43,266 bases of DNA from a virus (IMGVR_UViG_3300044806_000297:1-43266), one strand, 5' to 3'; counted from the stretch's first letter, positions 7,295 to 16,797 are shown. Numbers and translations: made by a program. Notes: generated from the sequence alone by a model not told the origin.

Positions 7295-8098
7295 ATGACT
7301 TCTCAAAATTCCGTTGTAACTCCAGTTTCTAAACTTTTCGATAAGCCAACAACTGCTGATGGTGGATTTAAGGCACGGCTTTGGACTACAAACGCACGAA
7401 TTGCAATGTTAAATAACTCAATTGCAATTGATCGGATTGAACCTGCTGTTAATTATGAGTTTTCAACCCCAAAAGGTGTTTATATAGTTGGTAGTGATGT
7501 GCTAGCAGGCAGAGCACTTTATGAATCCTTAGCAGCTACTAACGGGGCAGAATTAGACGACCTTTTACAGCTTATGAGTGAAGGGTATCTGATAAACGCA
7601 CAAAAACAAGCCGAATTAGCCGTCAAAAATAGCCAAGGCTCGTCGAAAAAAACGAGCCTTAGCCCAGTGGCCGCCGTTGAACGTGTGCTGACTAGCGGTG
7701 AATATTTGGCCAACTGCGTTAAATTATCTGAACCCGATTTAATGACTTTTTACAGTCAAACACATAACCTAGATAACCTAAAAAAAGAAACTTTAATAGG
7801 TATTATCAATGGATTAAGACAACAAATAGTTAATGAAAACCAATTGCAACACTATAAAGGCATTATACTTGTTGAAGAACAGGAGGCCGCAAAATATGCG
7901 GCATTAACAGATATTGGTTTTATTAACATTAGTCGCTTAACAACTGGCTTAATTAACTGTCAAATTAGTATGATTGATTTTGCTAATAATGCACTTACTA
8001 AAATGGTGCAAGCTGGTTTCCAACTTAAAGGGGACATTAGACCAATTGAAGGCAATTTATTTGCCCTAACATTAGTTGAAGGACAACCAAACATCTAA
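7295..8098 (+). CDS. hypothetical protein (267 aa)
   Basis: Long ORF with AAAGGT RBS; no motif recognised. Confidence 0.75.
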   Translation: MTSQNSVVTPVSKLFDKPTTADGGFKARLWTTNARIAMLNNSIAIDRIEPAVNYEFSTPKGVYIVGSDVLAGRALYESLAATNGAELDDLLQLMSEGYLINAQKQAELAVKNSQGSSKKTSLSPVAAVERVLTSGEYLANCVKLSEPDLMTFYSQTHNLDNLKKETLIGIINGLRQQIVNENQLQHYKGIILVEEQEAAKYAALTDIGFINISRLTTGLINCQISMIDFANNALTKMVQAGFQLKGDIRPIEGNLFALTLVEGQPNI

Positions 8099-8193
8099 TA
8101 ATCTGTTAGTATAACGTAATTCCTTAGCTATTACCCAATAAGTAGTAGCTAAGTGTATTAAATATTATTAATATTATTAAAAGGACATTAATT

Positions 8194-8316
8194 ATGATAA
8201 AAAACTTACTGATTATACTAACAATTGTTAGTATTTTCGCATTTCAAGCTATTAAAAGTAGTATTCCAGCTTTTAACAGTATTCAACAACAATTAGCATC
8301 AATTGAAAGGTATTAA
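8194..8316 (+). CDS. small membrane/exported peptide (40 aa)
   Basis: RBS AAAGGA; MIKNLLIILTIVSIFAFQAIKS... Confidence 0.5.
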   Translation: MIKNLLIILTIVSIFAFQAIKSSIPAFNSIQQQLASIERY

Positions 8317-8317
8317 T

Positions 8318-8533
8318 ATGATTACAAAAGAGCAAGCACAGAATAATAAGTATTTTCTTCAAACTCGTAGCTTAGATAATAATTTATTAACAAAACCTAA
8401 TAAATGGCGTGCTAATGGCAAGTGTAAAACTTGGAAGCGCCAACCGGAAAGATTCCAATTACCAATTAAGCATGGTTTATACGACTATGCTTATATTACT
8501 AATGATAATGCTCACTTATTTATAGTTGAATAA
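8318..8533 (+). CDS. phage hypothetical protein
   Basis: WRANGKCKTWKRQPERFQLPIKHGLY resembles a motif recalled from other phage early regions. Confidence 0.7.
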   Translation: MITKEQAQNNKYFLQTRSLDNNLLTKPNKWRANGKCKTWKRQPERFQLPIKHGLYDYAYITNDNAHLFIVE

Positions 8534-8545
8534 TTAGGTACTAAC

Positions 8546-8815
8546 ATGCAAGCATATACAACCCTACACAATAACATTCAAAATACAGTAAAACAACTTA
8601 ATAATCTTAGGTTAAAACATGCTAAAGAATGGTTATTAATAACTATAACCATAAGCAATACTGAACATATAGTTTTAAAAAGTTATAATGTCTGGATTCA
8701 AAGAATAGAATATAGAGATAATGGTATTATTTCTAGGATAGATGGCAGTCCTATGGACAATAGCGTTAAATCTTACAAAGCTTTTTTATTTAATTACTTA
8801 CAATTTTTAAAATAA
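8546..8815 (+). CDS. hypothetical protein
   Basis: Track ORF with AGGT RBS. Confidence 0.65.
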   Translation: MQAYTTLHNNIQNTVKQLNNLRLKHAKEWLLITITISNTEHIVLKSYNVWIQRIEYRDNGIISRIDGSPMDNSVKSYKAFLFNYLQFLK

Positions 8816-8816
8816 T

Positions 8817-8918
8817 ATGAAAACATTCCATAATTTCATTATTGCCCTATTAATATTATTATTAATCTCATTAATAGAGACTCTTTACAGATTACTAGGC
8901 ATTGATACAATTAACTAA
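8817..8918 (+). CDS. small membrane peptide (33 aa)
   Basis: MKTFHNFIIALLILLLISLIETLYRLLGIDTIN fills the gap. Confidence 0.4.
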   Translation: MKTFHNFIIALLILLLISLIETLYRLLGIDTIN

Positions 8919-8935
8919 TTAATAAAGGCATTAAT

Positions 8936-9136
8936 ATGTGTAAACTATCTGATAAATACGATCAAAGTGTTATTAATAAACACGGAAAAATAGAGATACA
9001 TAAAATAACTAAGGTTCACCTATTAAATACTGGTGATATTATTGGCACTATTACCCGCTACGATACAAGAAACAGTATGTTTCTTAGAAACAAAGCCATA
9101 TTTTCTTTCACTTCTTACCTTTGGACAGAATTATAA
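8936..9136 (+). CDS. hypothetical protein
   Basis: Track ORF with AAAGG RBS. Confidence 0.6.
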   Translation: MCKLSDKYDQSVINKHGKIEIHKITKVHLLNTGDIIGTITRYDTRNSMFLRNKAIFSFTSYLWTEL

Positions 9137-9140
9137 TATT

Positions 9141-9443
9141 ATGAATACTGTTAAAACAATCCGCACTTATCTAGGACTAACATTAGTAGAAGTCGATGCT
9201 AACTATTTAATACTAGATACATTTAAGAATAATAAAATCCTTGGTTTTCTAGTCACTGACAAAACATTATTAATTGATGGTATTAATATTTGGCTTTATT
9301 ATGTTAATAATATTAATACTAACTTAGATGGTTTATTAAATGTTAGTCCATTAGTTATTAATAATGCCCTATTCATTAAGCAACTTAATAATCTACCGCT
9401 TAATGATTTATCCTTAGCACTTTTTCTTGAACAGCATAATTAA
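9141..9443 (+). CDS. hypothetical protein
   Basis: Track ORF 9033-9443; ATG 9141 avoids the overlap. Confidence 0.6.
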   Translation: MNTVKTIRTYLGLTLVEVDANYLILDTFKNNKILGFLVTDKTLLIDGINIWLYYVNNINTNLDGLLNVSPLVINNALFIKQLNNLPLNDLSLALFLEQHN

Positions 9444-9445
9444 TT

Positions 9446-9712
9446 ATGTCTACTTACTACGACTTTGATAACTATACAGCTATGAATAAACCACGAATGA
9501 CAATTAAAGATATAAAGTCACTACTTATTATTCTTAACGCTATTAGCACTAAGACACAATATGATTGTAGCATAACTAAGTGCTCATACTGCCTAATAGA
9601 TAATACTAACACTATCATCCTATATGGTAGGACTAAAAGTGACTTATTCAGGCAATTAAGCGCCTTCATTGATGGTTATAAGGCTGCACTTAAGACTATT
9701 AGCCAACAATAA
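9446..9712 (+). CDS. hypothetical protein
   Basis: Track ORF; ends LFRQLSAFIDGY. Confidence 0.65.
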   Translation: MSTYYDFDNYTAMNKPRMTIKDIKSLLIILNAISTKTQYDCSITKCSYCLIDNTNTIILYGRTKSDLFRQLSAFIDGYKAALKTISQQ

Positions 9713-9761
9713 CAAACAATATACATATTATTATTATCACTACTAATAAGGAACAATAACC

Positions 9762-10043
9762 ATGTCACAAGTAACATTAAAATCTATTAAAGCACAATAT
9801 TCTGATGCTAACAAAGTAACACAAGTTGACAGTAAGCAGTTATTCATAGTCACTTATAACAACTACTCATTAGCCATTAGCTATAATACAATCATTGCCT
9901 TTAAGTTATTCATGGGCGCTTGGTTAATAACTACTAAGAAGTACAGCCTTACCACATCCTGTCATTGCAACAAGTTAACAGGCAGCCATATTAACCAAGA
10001 GCAGTTAACAGAGTTAGTTAGTAAGTATCATCTTAATAGGTAA
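9762..10043 (+). CDS. phage hypothetical protein
   Basis: RBS TAAGGA; SYNTIIA...KKYSLTTSCH resembles a motif recalled from other phage early regions. Confidence 0.7.
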   Translation: MSQVTLKSIKAQYSDANKVTQVDSKQLFIVTYNNYSLAISYNTIIAFKLFMGAWLITTKKYSLTTSCHCNKLTGSHINQEQLTELVSKYHLNR

Positions 10044-10082
10044 CAAGCTAACAGTTAGTAGACATTAACAGCAAGTAAGAAG

Positions 10083-10107
10083 AGCAGGCTTAACAGCCTG
10101 CTTTATT
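10083..10107 (+). terminator. intrinsic terminator ending the early cassette
   Basis: AGCAGGCT-taac-AGCCTGCT followed by TTATT. Confidence 0.75.
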
Positions 10108-10119
10108 AGATATGGAGAA

Positions 10120-10169
10120 AGGTACTTGGAGGAATGTTGTATGTATGCGTGTGAGTAACAAGGAGCACA
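10120..10169 (+). other. candidate cos site (cosQ + cosN)
   Basis: AGGTACT-18 nt-ATGCG reproduces lambda GGGTCCT-18 nt-TTACG; the genome encodes a GpA-type terminase. Confidence 0.45.
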
Positions 10170-10328
10170 TTTATCTACCAACTATTTCCTATTCCATAAG
10201 CACTTAACTAATTACAAAGGCGACCTCGCCAGGTATTAATAACATAATAATACTTATAAGCTATTAGAAGAATAGAAATAATAACTAATAGTTATAATAA
10301 TAGTATTAGTTAAAGAAAAGTTGAATAA

Positions 10329-10370
10329 AATCAATGATTTAAGATTTTCTTTCAGAAAATCAACAACTTA
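10329..10370 (+). promoter_or_regulatory. two IHF sites
   Basis: AATCAATGATTTA (10329) and AATCAACAACTTA (10358); a 1-mismatch third copy at 10447. Confidence 0.65.
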
Positions 10371-10377
10371 AGAGATA

Positions 10378-10428
10378 TTTTGTACATTTTTTGTATATAT
10401 ATTACTTATAGACAAAACATGTACAAAT
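10378..10428. repeat. long imperfect palindrome with TGTACA ends (candidate ori/operator)
   Basis: TGTACATTTTTTGTATATA-tattact-TATAGACAAAACATGTACA, 17/19 symmetric; further TGTACA at 10472 and 10488. Confidence 0.65.
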
Positions 10429-10553
10429 TCGGGTATTCTTTTTTAAATTCAATAACTTACAAAATTTTTATTGTACAGTAATTTTTATGTACAAATTTTC
10501 TCAATCCCTGTATACTGATCGATCATTTCACTAAGCCAACCAAAATAACTAAT

Positions 10554-11510
10554 ATGGATATAAATAAAATACCACAATTAGCTAACCAAACATTTAAATC
10601 CTTCAATGACCTATCAACCTATCTTGGAAAACCAAAACTAACAGGTAATGCTAAACCAGCTTTCTTAAAAGAACTATCCCTATATGTTAAATATGAGCAG
10701 AATGGTAGAAGAATAATGATAAAAGAAGTTTATAAAGAACCATTAAAACCATTAAAAACCTATAAAAAAGATGCTCTTTGGGTTAATGAAGCTGTTCATG
10801 ATATTATTATTAACCATGTAATAGAGATTAAGAATAAATTTCCAGATAAAGAGGTGTTTTTAAAACGATATGAATTAGCTATTCTTGTTAATATTGTTAA
10901 TGAGGAGTATTATTTTAATAGAGATAAATACAGTTGTTCAAAAGATAACACATTAGCAGCAACAAATTTTTATAAATTCTCTTCAGAAGCGCTAAGTAAT
11001 GCTCTTAAGACTTGCATTAATTCATTAGCTACTAAGAATAGATTACAATTCCTTGATACCTATAGTATAAGATATGTTGACAATGGTGAAGTAGGTTATG
11101 CAAATAACCAACAATTGCAAGCAATAATGGAGGCAAAAAGTCTAGTTAGTATCCCTTCTTATGGTAATCCAGGACAGAGAAGATTATATAATAAGGAAGT
11201 TAATAAGGAATTAGAGAAGATATTAATGGAAGATAGTAGGGATTTTAGGCTTTTTAATATAGTTGAAAGAGGTTATCAGTTTTTTCCATTGGATTCTACT
11301 GTTAAGAGATTAGAACAAGAGTATTTATTAGAAGGACGGAAGCATATGCCTAATAGTATGAGAAAGGTACTTATGGAAAAGCTAAATAAGTCTATGGATG
11401 AGCTAGGATTTTTTCCTGTATTTCCTTTTAATAAAAGTACTGAGGAGTTGAAGGAGGAGTATAGAGGAGAGTTTGTTGAATTAATAGATAGTGAGTTGGG
11501 AATTTGTTAG
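10554..11510 (+). CDS. stand-alone putative DNA-binding/replication-initiator-like protein
   Basis: N-terminal FKSFNDLSTYLGKPKLTGNAKPAFLKELSLY...IKEVY resembles an uncharacterised phage family; has its own upstream region and terminator. Function is inferred. Confidence 0.55.
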   Translation: MDINKIPQLANQTFKSFNDLSTYLGKPKLTGNAKPAFLKELSLYVKYEQNGRRIMIKEVYKEPLKPLKTYKKDALWVNEAVHDIIINHVIEIKNKFPDKEVFLKRYELAILVNIVNEEYYFNRDKYSCSKDNTLAATNFYKFSSEALSNALKTCINSLATKNRLQFLDTYSIRYVDNGEVGYANNQQLQAIMEAKSLVSIPSYGNPGQRRLYNKEVNKELEKILMEDSRDFRLFNIVERGYQFFPLDSTVKRLEQEYLLEGRKHMPNSMRKVLMEKLNKSMDELGFFPVFPFNKSTEELKEEYRGEFVELIDSELGIC

Positions 11511-11537
11511 TGGGAAGAATATTAATAGTGGGAGGGG

Positions 11538-11569
11538 AAGAGAAGGGGTTTAGGCTTCTCTTTTTTTTT
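11538..11569 (+). terminator. intrinsic terminator, likely bidirectional
   Basis: AAGAGAAG-9 nt-CTTCTCTT plus T-run, between convergent genes. Confidence 0.75.
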
Positions 11570-11673
11570 GTTAATTTGACGTTACGGCTAGTATTAATAA
11601 AAGTCCAATTAAAGCTAGGATTAGAATAACTGCTTGGGCAACTAATTTAAGTATGGTTAAGAGGGTTTTCATG

Positions 11674-13791
11674 TTAAACTACCGTAAAAGCATGAGTAAA
11701 AGGATGTAAACAATCCCCATTAGGTGATGTACTCTTAAAAGTTAACAAATAACTCCCTGCTACAACACTATTAAAGTATAAAGGAGCAGCACCACTTTGA
11801 TTAACACTAACTGAAGTCCCTACATTTGTTAAAGTACAGGTATAAGTAACATCCGGTTCATTAATAATATTACTATCAAACCAACTATTAAGGATTTTTG
11901 TTGTCTGATGTAATCTATTTCTTGAAGAATAGGTAATTGTTAATGTTCCAGCAGTAACATTAGCTGGCCAATAACCATTATTAATTCTAACATTTTGTGG
12001 TGGATAAGGTAAGTGGTATCTTCCGGCAATAGTATAAGTTAAAATAGGCGCAGCACTTTCAGCTAATGTTCCAATTGGAGTAACATCTAATAGTTTTGTA
12101 GAAACTGTTTCACCAACAAAATATTCCTTCTGATCTGTACCATTAAATGATTGTATAGCAAAACAATCTGTACCAGCACTATGTTGTTTAGGATGTGTGT
12201 CCATAACACCACGTTTAACAGTTAAGGTACTGCCACTAATAGCAGTCAGAAATACTAATTCATCCCCAACAAGAATAGCACTATTAATATGAAGAAGTTC
12301 TTTATCAATAATATTAGTCATTACTATTGTTGTATCATTATAATCTATTGCACTTTCTAGTTCAAAGAAACAACAAAAATTAACAATACTACTACTTTTA
12401 CTATAGGTGCTTCCAGTTGTTGATAAGATTTCCGCATGAATACTAGAGGGAGACGGTGAAACTGCTCCAGTTAATAGGTAGTTTGTATCAGTATCAACCT
12501 TCGCAGCCTCAGCATTACCCTTTTTACGTGCAAAAAAGTAATAAGGAAGTTCAAATTGAACTGTTTTAGTTATAGGAATAGGTGTTTTTAATGGGCTTTC
12601 CCAATTAGTACCATCAACTGTATCTAAGTCTTGAACATTAACAGAGAAAATATCTTGAATAACGTTAATAGTTACTGAACTATTATTAAGTGTTCCTAGA
12701 TTAATAGATAAAACTCGCATAACCAGACTTCCAATTTCTGATGTATAGTCTGGCCAAGTCAATATAAAGGCATCACCAGGATTTAAGAAGTTTGCAGCCG
12801 CAGAAGCAGTAATAGTACACGAAATTAATGGATAACTAGCTTGTGCTAACTGTTCTTCTGCTAAAGTATTAGCTAAATTAGAATCAGTACAACCAAGCAT
12901 CTTAATAGTTTTACTAACTTCATAGCCTTGTCTAGCTACAAGGGAGGGATTAGCTTTAATAATGGTAGCTGTTTCCCAGTTATCCTTATTCGTATATTGT
13001 AAAGTTACAGAAGATATTAATTTTCCTATGGTGGTTGTATGAAAATTATCAACCTTTCTTATAATAGTTTCATCAAGAACAGGTAAAGAGGAAGGATTAG
13101 CTATTTTTCTTAATAAATTAACTTCAAACAAGCCGGTTGTTCGGTCTTGGTAAAGTTCACAGTTAGTATGAAGTTTAACTTCGTCAAGAAAATTATCAAT
13201 TTCCCCTGTATTATTCCAAAGCCAAGAAAAACCTCTACCTTCGTTAAAACAAGTAGTAGCTGCTGTTAGGAAACTAGCGCCTATTCTTTCTTCTGGTACA
13301 GATAACCCCCACACTTTATTAGTAAGTATTTCTCGTATAACATGTATAGGATTAATACATCCTGATAGTGGTTCAGAAACACTATCAGCCCATTGAGCAG
13401 TTCCATCTGTCTTTTTATGTATTCTAGCAGCTTTAACCCACCAAGGTTTAAAGTAATAGTTAGTCCCAAGCCACATATCTTCTAATATTAAGCTAACAAC
13501 GCCGCGATAAGCTGTAGGTTTATCTTGAAATTGTCCTAAATAGCTAGAAGCTGTTTGAGTTTTTGAACCAAATAGTGCTCTAATATTTCCTTCAATACCT
13601 CCTTCCCTTCCCAAGCCTCCAAAAGCATCAGGTTTGCTGATAGTAATAACATCACCATCAATAGCTGTTCCTGTCCAAAGGGTTTTTTTATTAACAACTA
13701 CTTCCTTAATACTATCGATAACTCCATGACAAAGAATAAAATGGAAGCCTGCATAGTAAGTTGTTACGTCAATTGTATTACTCTTTCCCAC
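11674..13791 (-). CDS. tail tip / central tail hub protein (Phage-tail_3 type)
   Basis: YYAGFHFILCHG, FGGLGREGGIEG, PTAYRGV, NPIHVIREILTNKVWG, LNPGDAFILTWP, RGVMDTHPKQH. Confidence 0.85.
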   Translation of the reverse strand: MGKSNTIDVTTYYAGFHFILCHGVIDSIKEVVVNKKTLWTGTAIDGDVITISKPDAFGGLGREGGIEGNIRALFGSKTQTASSYLGQFQDKPTAYRGVVSLILEDMWLGTNYYFKPWWVKAARIHKKTDGTAQWADSVSEPLSGCINPIHVIREILTNKVWGLSVPEERIGASFLTAATTCFNEGRGFSWLWNNTGEIDNFLDEVKLHTNCELYQDRTTGLFEVNLLRKIANPSSLPVLDETIIRKVDNFHTTTIGKLISSVTLQYTNKDNWETATIIKANPSLVARQGYEVSKTIKMLGCTDSNLANTLAEEQLAQASYPLISCTITASAAANFLNPGDAFILTWPDYTSEIGSLVMRVLSINLGTLNNSSVTINVIQDIFSVNVQDLDTVDGTNWESPLKTPIPITKTVQFELPYYFFARKKGNAEAAKVDTDTNYLLTGAVSPSPSSIHAEILSTTGSTYSKSSSIVNFCCFFELESAIDYNDTTIVMTNIIDKELLHINSAILVGDELVFLTAISGSTLTVKRGVMDTHPKQHSAGTDCFAIQSFNGTDQKEYFVGETVSTKLLDVTPIGTLAESAAPILTYTIAGRYHLPYPPQNVRINNGYWPANVTAGTLTITYSSRNRLHQTTKILNSWFDSNIINEPDVTYTCTLTNVGTSVSVNQSGAAPLYFNSVVAGSYLLTFKSTSPNGDCLHPFTHAFTVV

Positions 13792-13792
13792 A

Positions 13793-14035
13793 CTATTCTC
13801 CTAATTTATCTTTATATTTAAAAGCAAGAAGATCTAATACCATTGCATCATCAATAGCTAGAAGTTCACTAGCTTTCATTCCATGCCTAGTAATTGTTTT
13901 CCAATCAAGATTAGCATTAATACAGAATTCTTTCCAGCCTGGAACACAACCGCCCCCATAAGAATCCCTAGCGTCACCAATAGTAACTAATCTATTCTCT
14001 TCTTGTACTAGTAGTTCAAGTCTTTGTCTTAACAT
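13793..14035 (-). CDS. small tail assembly protein
   Basis: CVPGWKEF...LDWKT..RHGMKASELLAIDDAM; conserved position before the tail hub in Chi/D3112-type tails. Confidence 0.7.
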   Translation of the reverse strand: MLRQRLELLVQEENRLVTIGDARDSYGGGCVPGWKEFCINANLDWKTITRHGMKASELLAIDDAMVLDLLAFKYKDKLGE

Positions 14036-14271
14036 TACTTACCTCCAGCATCAAAAGGTTTCTTAATAATTTTTAAATTGCCCCACCAAGCAATGTTAAC
14101 TTCTTTTATCAGAACTGTTCCAAAGATAACAGGTATTGGTTTTCCTAATTCAGTGACAGGAACTTCTAGTTTTTGATCTGTAGTTGGTGGAGAAGGAGGT
14201 TTTTGTAGCAAGGACATAATCATACTTGCTACTGTTAAAGCTAAAGTTATTAATAATATTGCTATTGGCAT
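14035..14271 (-). CDS. small tail tip assembly protein
   Basis: Hydrophobic N-terminus followed by PVTELGKPIPVIFGT...NIAWWG. Confidence 0.75.
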   Translation of the reverse strand: MPIAILLITLALTVASMIMSLLQKPPSPPTTDQKLEVPVTELGKPIPVIFGTVLIKEVNIAWWGNLKIIKKPFDAGGK

Positions 14272-14999
14272 TATACAGCTCCACCAGAAGAAAATGGATT
14301 AGTTATTGGATGATAGTGGAAGCCACCAAAATTAAGAGTATTAGAAAATTTTTGACAACCTGTATAAGTTAAAGAACAGCCAGGAGATAAGGATATAGTT
14401 CCCGCTAATGTTCCTCTAAAAGCACTTTCAAGAGTTATTGTTGTCCCACTATGAGATATAATTCTTCTAACTTGGCCGCTAATAATTGCTTTTCCTCCAT
14501 TATAGTAACCTGTAGCGTGAGTTATTCCGGCTATTGTTATAATATTACTATTAATACCACTAACAGTAAAACTATCTACGAAAGAAGCTTCAACAACACC
14601 ACAAGCTTCACTATATAATGTGTGTCTGCATTGTAATCCTACTTGTTTAGGTAGGGCAGTATTCTTAAATCTACTATGAATACTATCACAAATCAGGTCA
14701 ATATTAGTTCCGCCCCCTTTTGCTTCTAATACTCTACCTGACCAAAATAAATTTTCATCCCTATAGATACTAACTTCAACATAAGTATCTCTAGGGTATA
14801 GTAATACATCTTTTGCAAAGCTGTTGTTACGGGCAAAGGAAAAAGTGACAGGGCTTTTAGTTAGTTTTGAGGTAATTTCAATATTACTTCTAGTTACTGA
14901 GGTTGGAAGGTATAGTTTTCCACCAAAAAGAGTTGAAAGTTTATGTGGTGTGAAAGGATATTCTATATTACCGTCTTTAAATAAGTAAAGTTCTTTCAT
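14271..14999 (-). CDS. DUF2163 / BR0599-family tail protein (lambda gpL-like)
   Basis: CRHTLYSEACGV and PGCSLTYTGCQKFSNTLNFGGF. Confidence 0.85.
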   Translation of the reverse strand: MKELYLFKDGNIEYPFTPHKLSTLFGGKLYLPTSVTRSNIEITSKLTKSPVTFSFARNNSFAKDVLLYPRDTYVEVSIYRDENLFWSGRVLEAKGGGTNIDLICDSIHSRFKNTALPKQVGLQCRHTLYSEACGVVEASFVDSFTVSGINSNIITIAGITHATGYYNGGKAIISGQVRRIISHSGTTITLESAFRGTLAGTISLSPGCSLTYTGCQKFSNTLNFGGFHYHPITNPFSSGGAV

Positions 15000-16789
15000 A
15001 AAACCTCTAAAGTTCTTGCTGCTACTTGCATGATATTGGGTTTATAATTAACACTAACGCTATCACTAGCTAATCTAGCTTTTATCATGAGCTGTACACT
15101 TGTAATATTATTAATATCTCTTATCGGTGTGGGAGATAAGGTCAGAACTTCTGTATTATTACTAGCTGTTACAGAGGAAGTAATATTAAAATAATCTGTC
15201 ACATTTCCAATTACTTTTATTGCTTTTATCTCTGAGAATCGATTAATTCCTGAATATTTAACAGTAAATGTTGCGCTTCCGTTACTAATTGTTCCAACTG
15301 CTGTTATTGTATCATAACCAAAGGGAAAATAAAAGACAGTTGAACGTCCTTTTAGGTAATAAAATAAGCTTCTGTAACGATTATCAAATTCTTTATTAAG
15401 ACTGACAAGACTCAGTGTTTGTCCGGTTCGATTGTAGTTATCAAGTGCAAGAATCTGCCTAATACCTATCCCAGAATTATTATAAATTTCAACATCTGTA
15501 CTATAATCGGTAGAATCATCAGCAGTATTATCTAATACTTCCTCAATAATTGGTAAAGAATTAAAAGTATTTATTGGGGAATAATTATAATTGTTTGTTA
15601 ATACGTCACAAGCTACTTTTAAATCTGCTTGAGTACGGCCACCAGCACGTCTTTTAAATGTTATTGAGTTTGAATTAATTCCTGCTACAAATCTAGCAAT
15701 ATAAGCATTAGTTTGTGTTAAAGCAATTGGATTTTCTGTAGTTATTACAGAAGATGTTAGGGATAATACTCTAACAACCTCATAAGTACGATAGTTTGTC
15801 CATATAATAACATCATCACCTACCGCTAATTGAAGGTTAGTATTAGAAAGATTGAAGGAAGTATGGGTTTCAATTGTACTAACTCCCTTATAACTTTGTG
15901 ACCAAACGGGTAAGCCAACATAGGAAGTAGTTATTAAAGCTGCTAAATTCCTAGCTATTCTTTCTTCTTCAACATCATCAAAGATATAATTATAAGATAA
16001 TTCAAACATCGGTACATCTGTCAAGCTTATTCTTGTTTCTCCATGACGAGCAGGAGAAATATCTGTTACCCAAGAATAAGTTTCAGAAAAATTCTTATCA
16101 ACTCTGAAAGGGAATATTATTGCTCTTAACCCTATTATACTTAGTGTCGCTGTATATCCACCAGAAGTTAAAGATAAAGCTCCAGCTATTTGTGGGGCTC
16201 CTTCTGCTGTAACATGAACATTAGTATCAAGAATACCGAAACTGGGGATAGTAGTAGAAGTATTGTCGATTGTAACACCAGAACCAATAAGATTAATAGA
16301 AGTGAAGTCATTTAATGTTATAGAGTTATTTGTGCTATTCCAAATAGTTATTGGTGTAGAATTATTGTTGGTAATGATACCAAAATCAATCTTACTAGGT
16401 GTTATATGTACTCGGCCATAGAAAGCAAATGTAAAAGCATCACCAACTTCCCCAACTGATAACGAGTAAGGTGTTACAACCATATTATCTGCATTACTAA
16501 TAGCTCCACCAATACTACTCTCAACTTTATTAAGCATATTTAATATTGTTGAAGTGTTATAGGTGTTTTCAGGCTCGACTAAAGGTGTTATATGTTGGTA
16601 ATCATAAACATGAATTATGTCTGAGCTAATGGCAGCTTCTTTATTAATCGAATTAGTTATTAATAAGACTTTTGCTTGTACTATTATACTTGCGGGAATG
16701 ACTGTAACATTATTAGTTTCACTGATTACGGTGAATACAAAGTTATTGCCAGAAGTAAGATTATTATTTATAACAAAGTTATTAGCCAT
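14996..16789 (-). CDS. minor tail/distal tail structural protein
   Basis: FYGRVHITPSKIDFG...ITIWNS, ETYSWVTD, FYYLKGRSTVFY, ARLASDSV as in D3112/Chi-like virion proteins. Confidence 0.7.
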   Translation of the reverse strand: MANNFVINNNLTSGNNFVFTVISETNNVTVIPASIIVQAKVLLITNSINKEAAISSDIIHVYDYQHITPLVEPENTYNTSTILNMLNKVESSIGGAISNADNMVVTPYSLSVGEVGDAFTFAFYGRVHITPSKIDFGIITNNNSTPITIWNSTNNSITLNDFTSINLIGSGVTIDNTSTTIPSFGILDTNVHVTAEGAPQIAGALSLTSGGYTATLSIIGLRAIIFPFRVDKNFSETYSWVTDISPARHGETRISLTDVPMFELSYNYIFDDVEEERIARNLAALITTSYVGLPVWSQSYKGVSTIETHTSFNLSNTNLQLAVGDDVIIWTNYRTYEVVRVLSLTSSVITTENPIALTQTNAYIARFVAGINSNSITFKRRAGGRTQADLKVACDVLTNNYNYSPINTFNSLPIIEEVLDNTADDSTDYSTDVEIYNNSGIGIRQILALDNYNRTGQTLSLVSLNKEFDNRYRSLFYYLKGRSTVFYFPFGYDTITAVGTISNGSATFTVKYSGINRFSEIKAIKVIGNVTDYFNITSSVTASNNTEVLTLSPTPIRDINNITSVQLMIKARLASDSVSVNYKPNIMQVAARTLEVL

Positions 16790-16797
16790 TATTAATC

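Noticed and set aside
7519-9669. Antisense ORFs 7519-7713 and 9472-9669
   Set aside because: Lie wholly within sense genes of a unidirectional operon
10378-10428. Protelomerase (telRL-type) site
   Set aside because: The centre is a 7-nt asymmetric spacer rather than a perfect dyad, and no tyrosine-recombinase-like motif was recognised in the adjacent ORF
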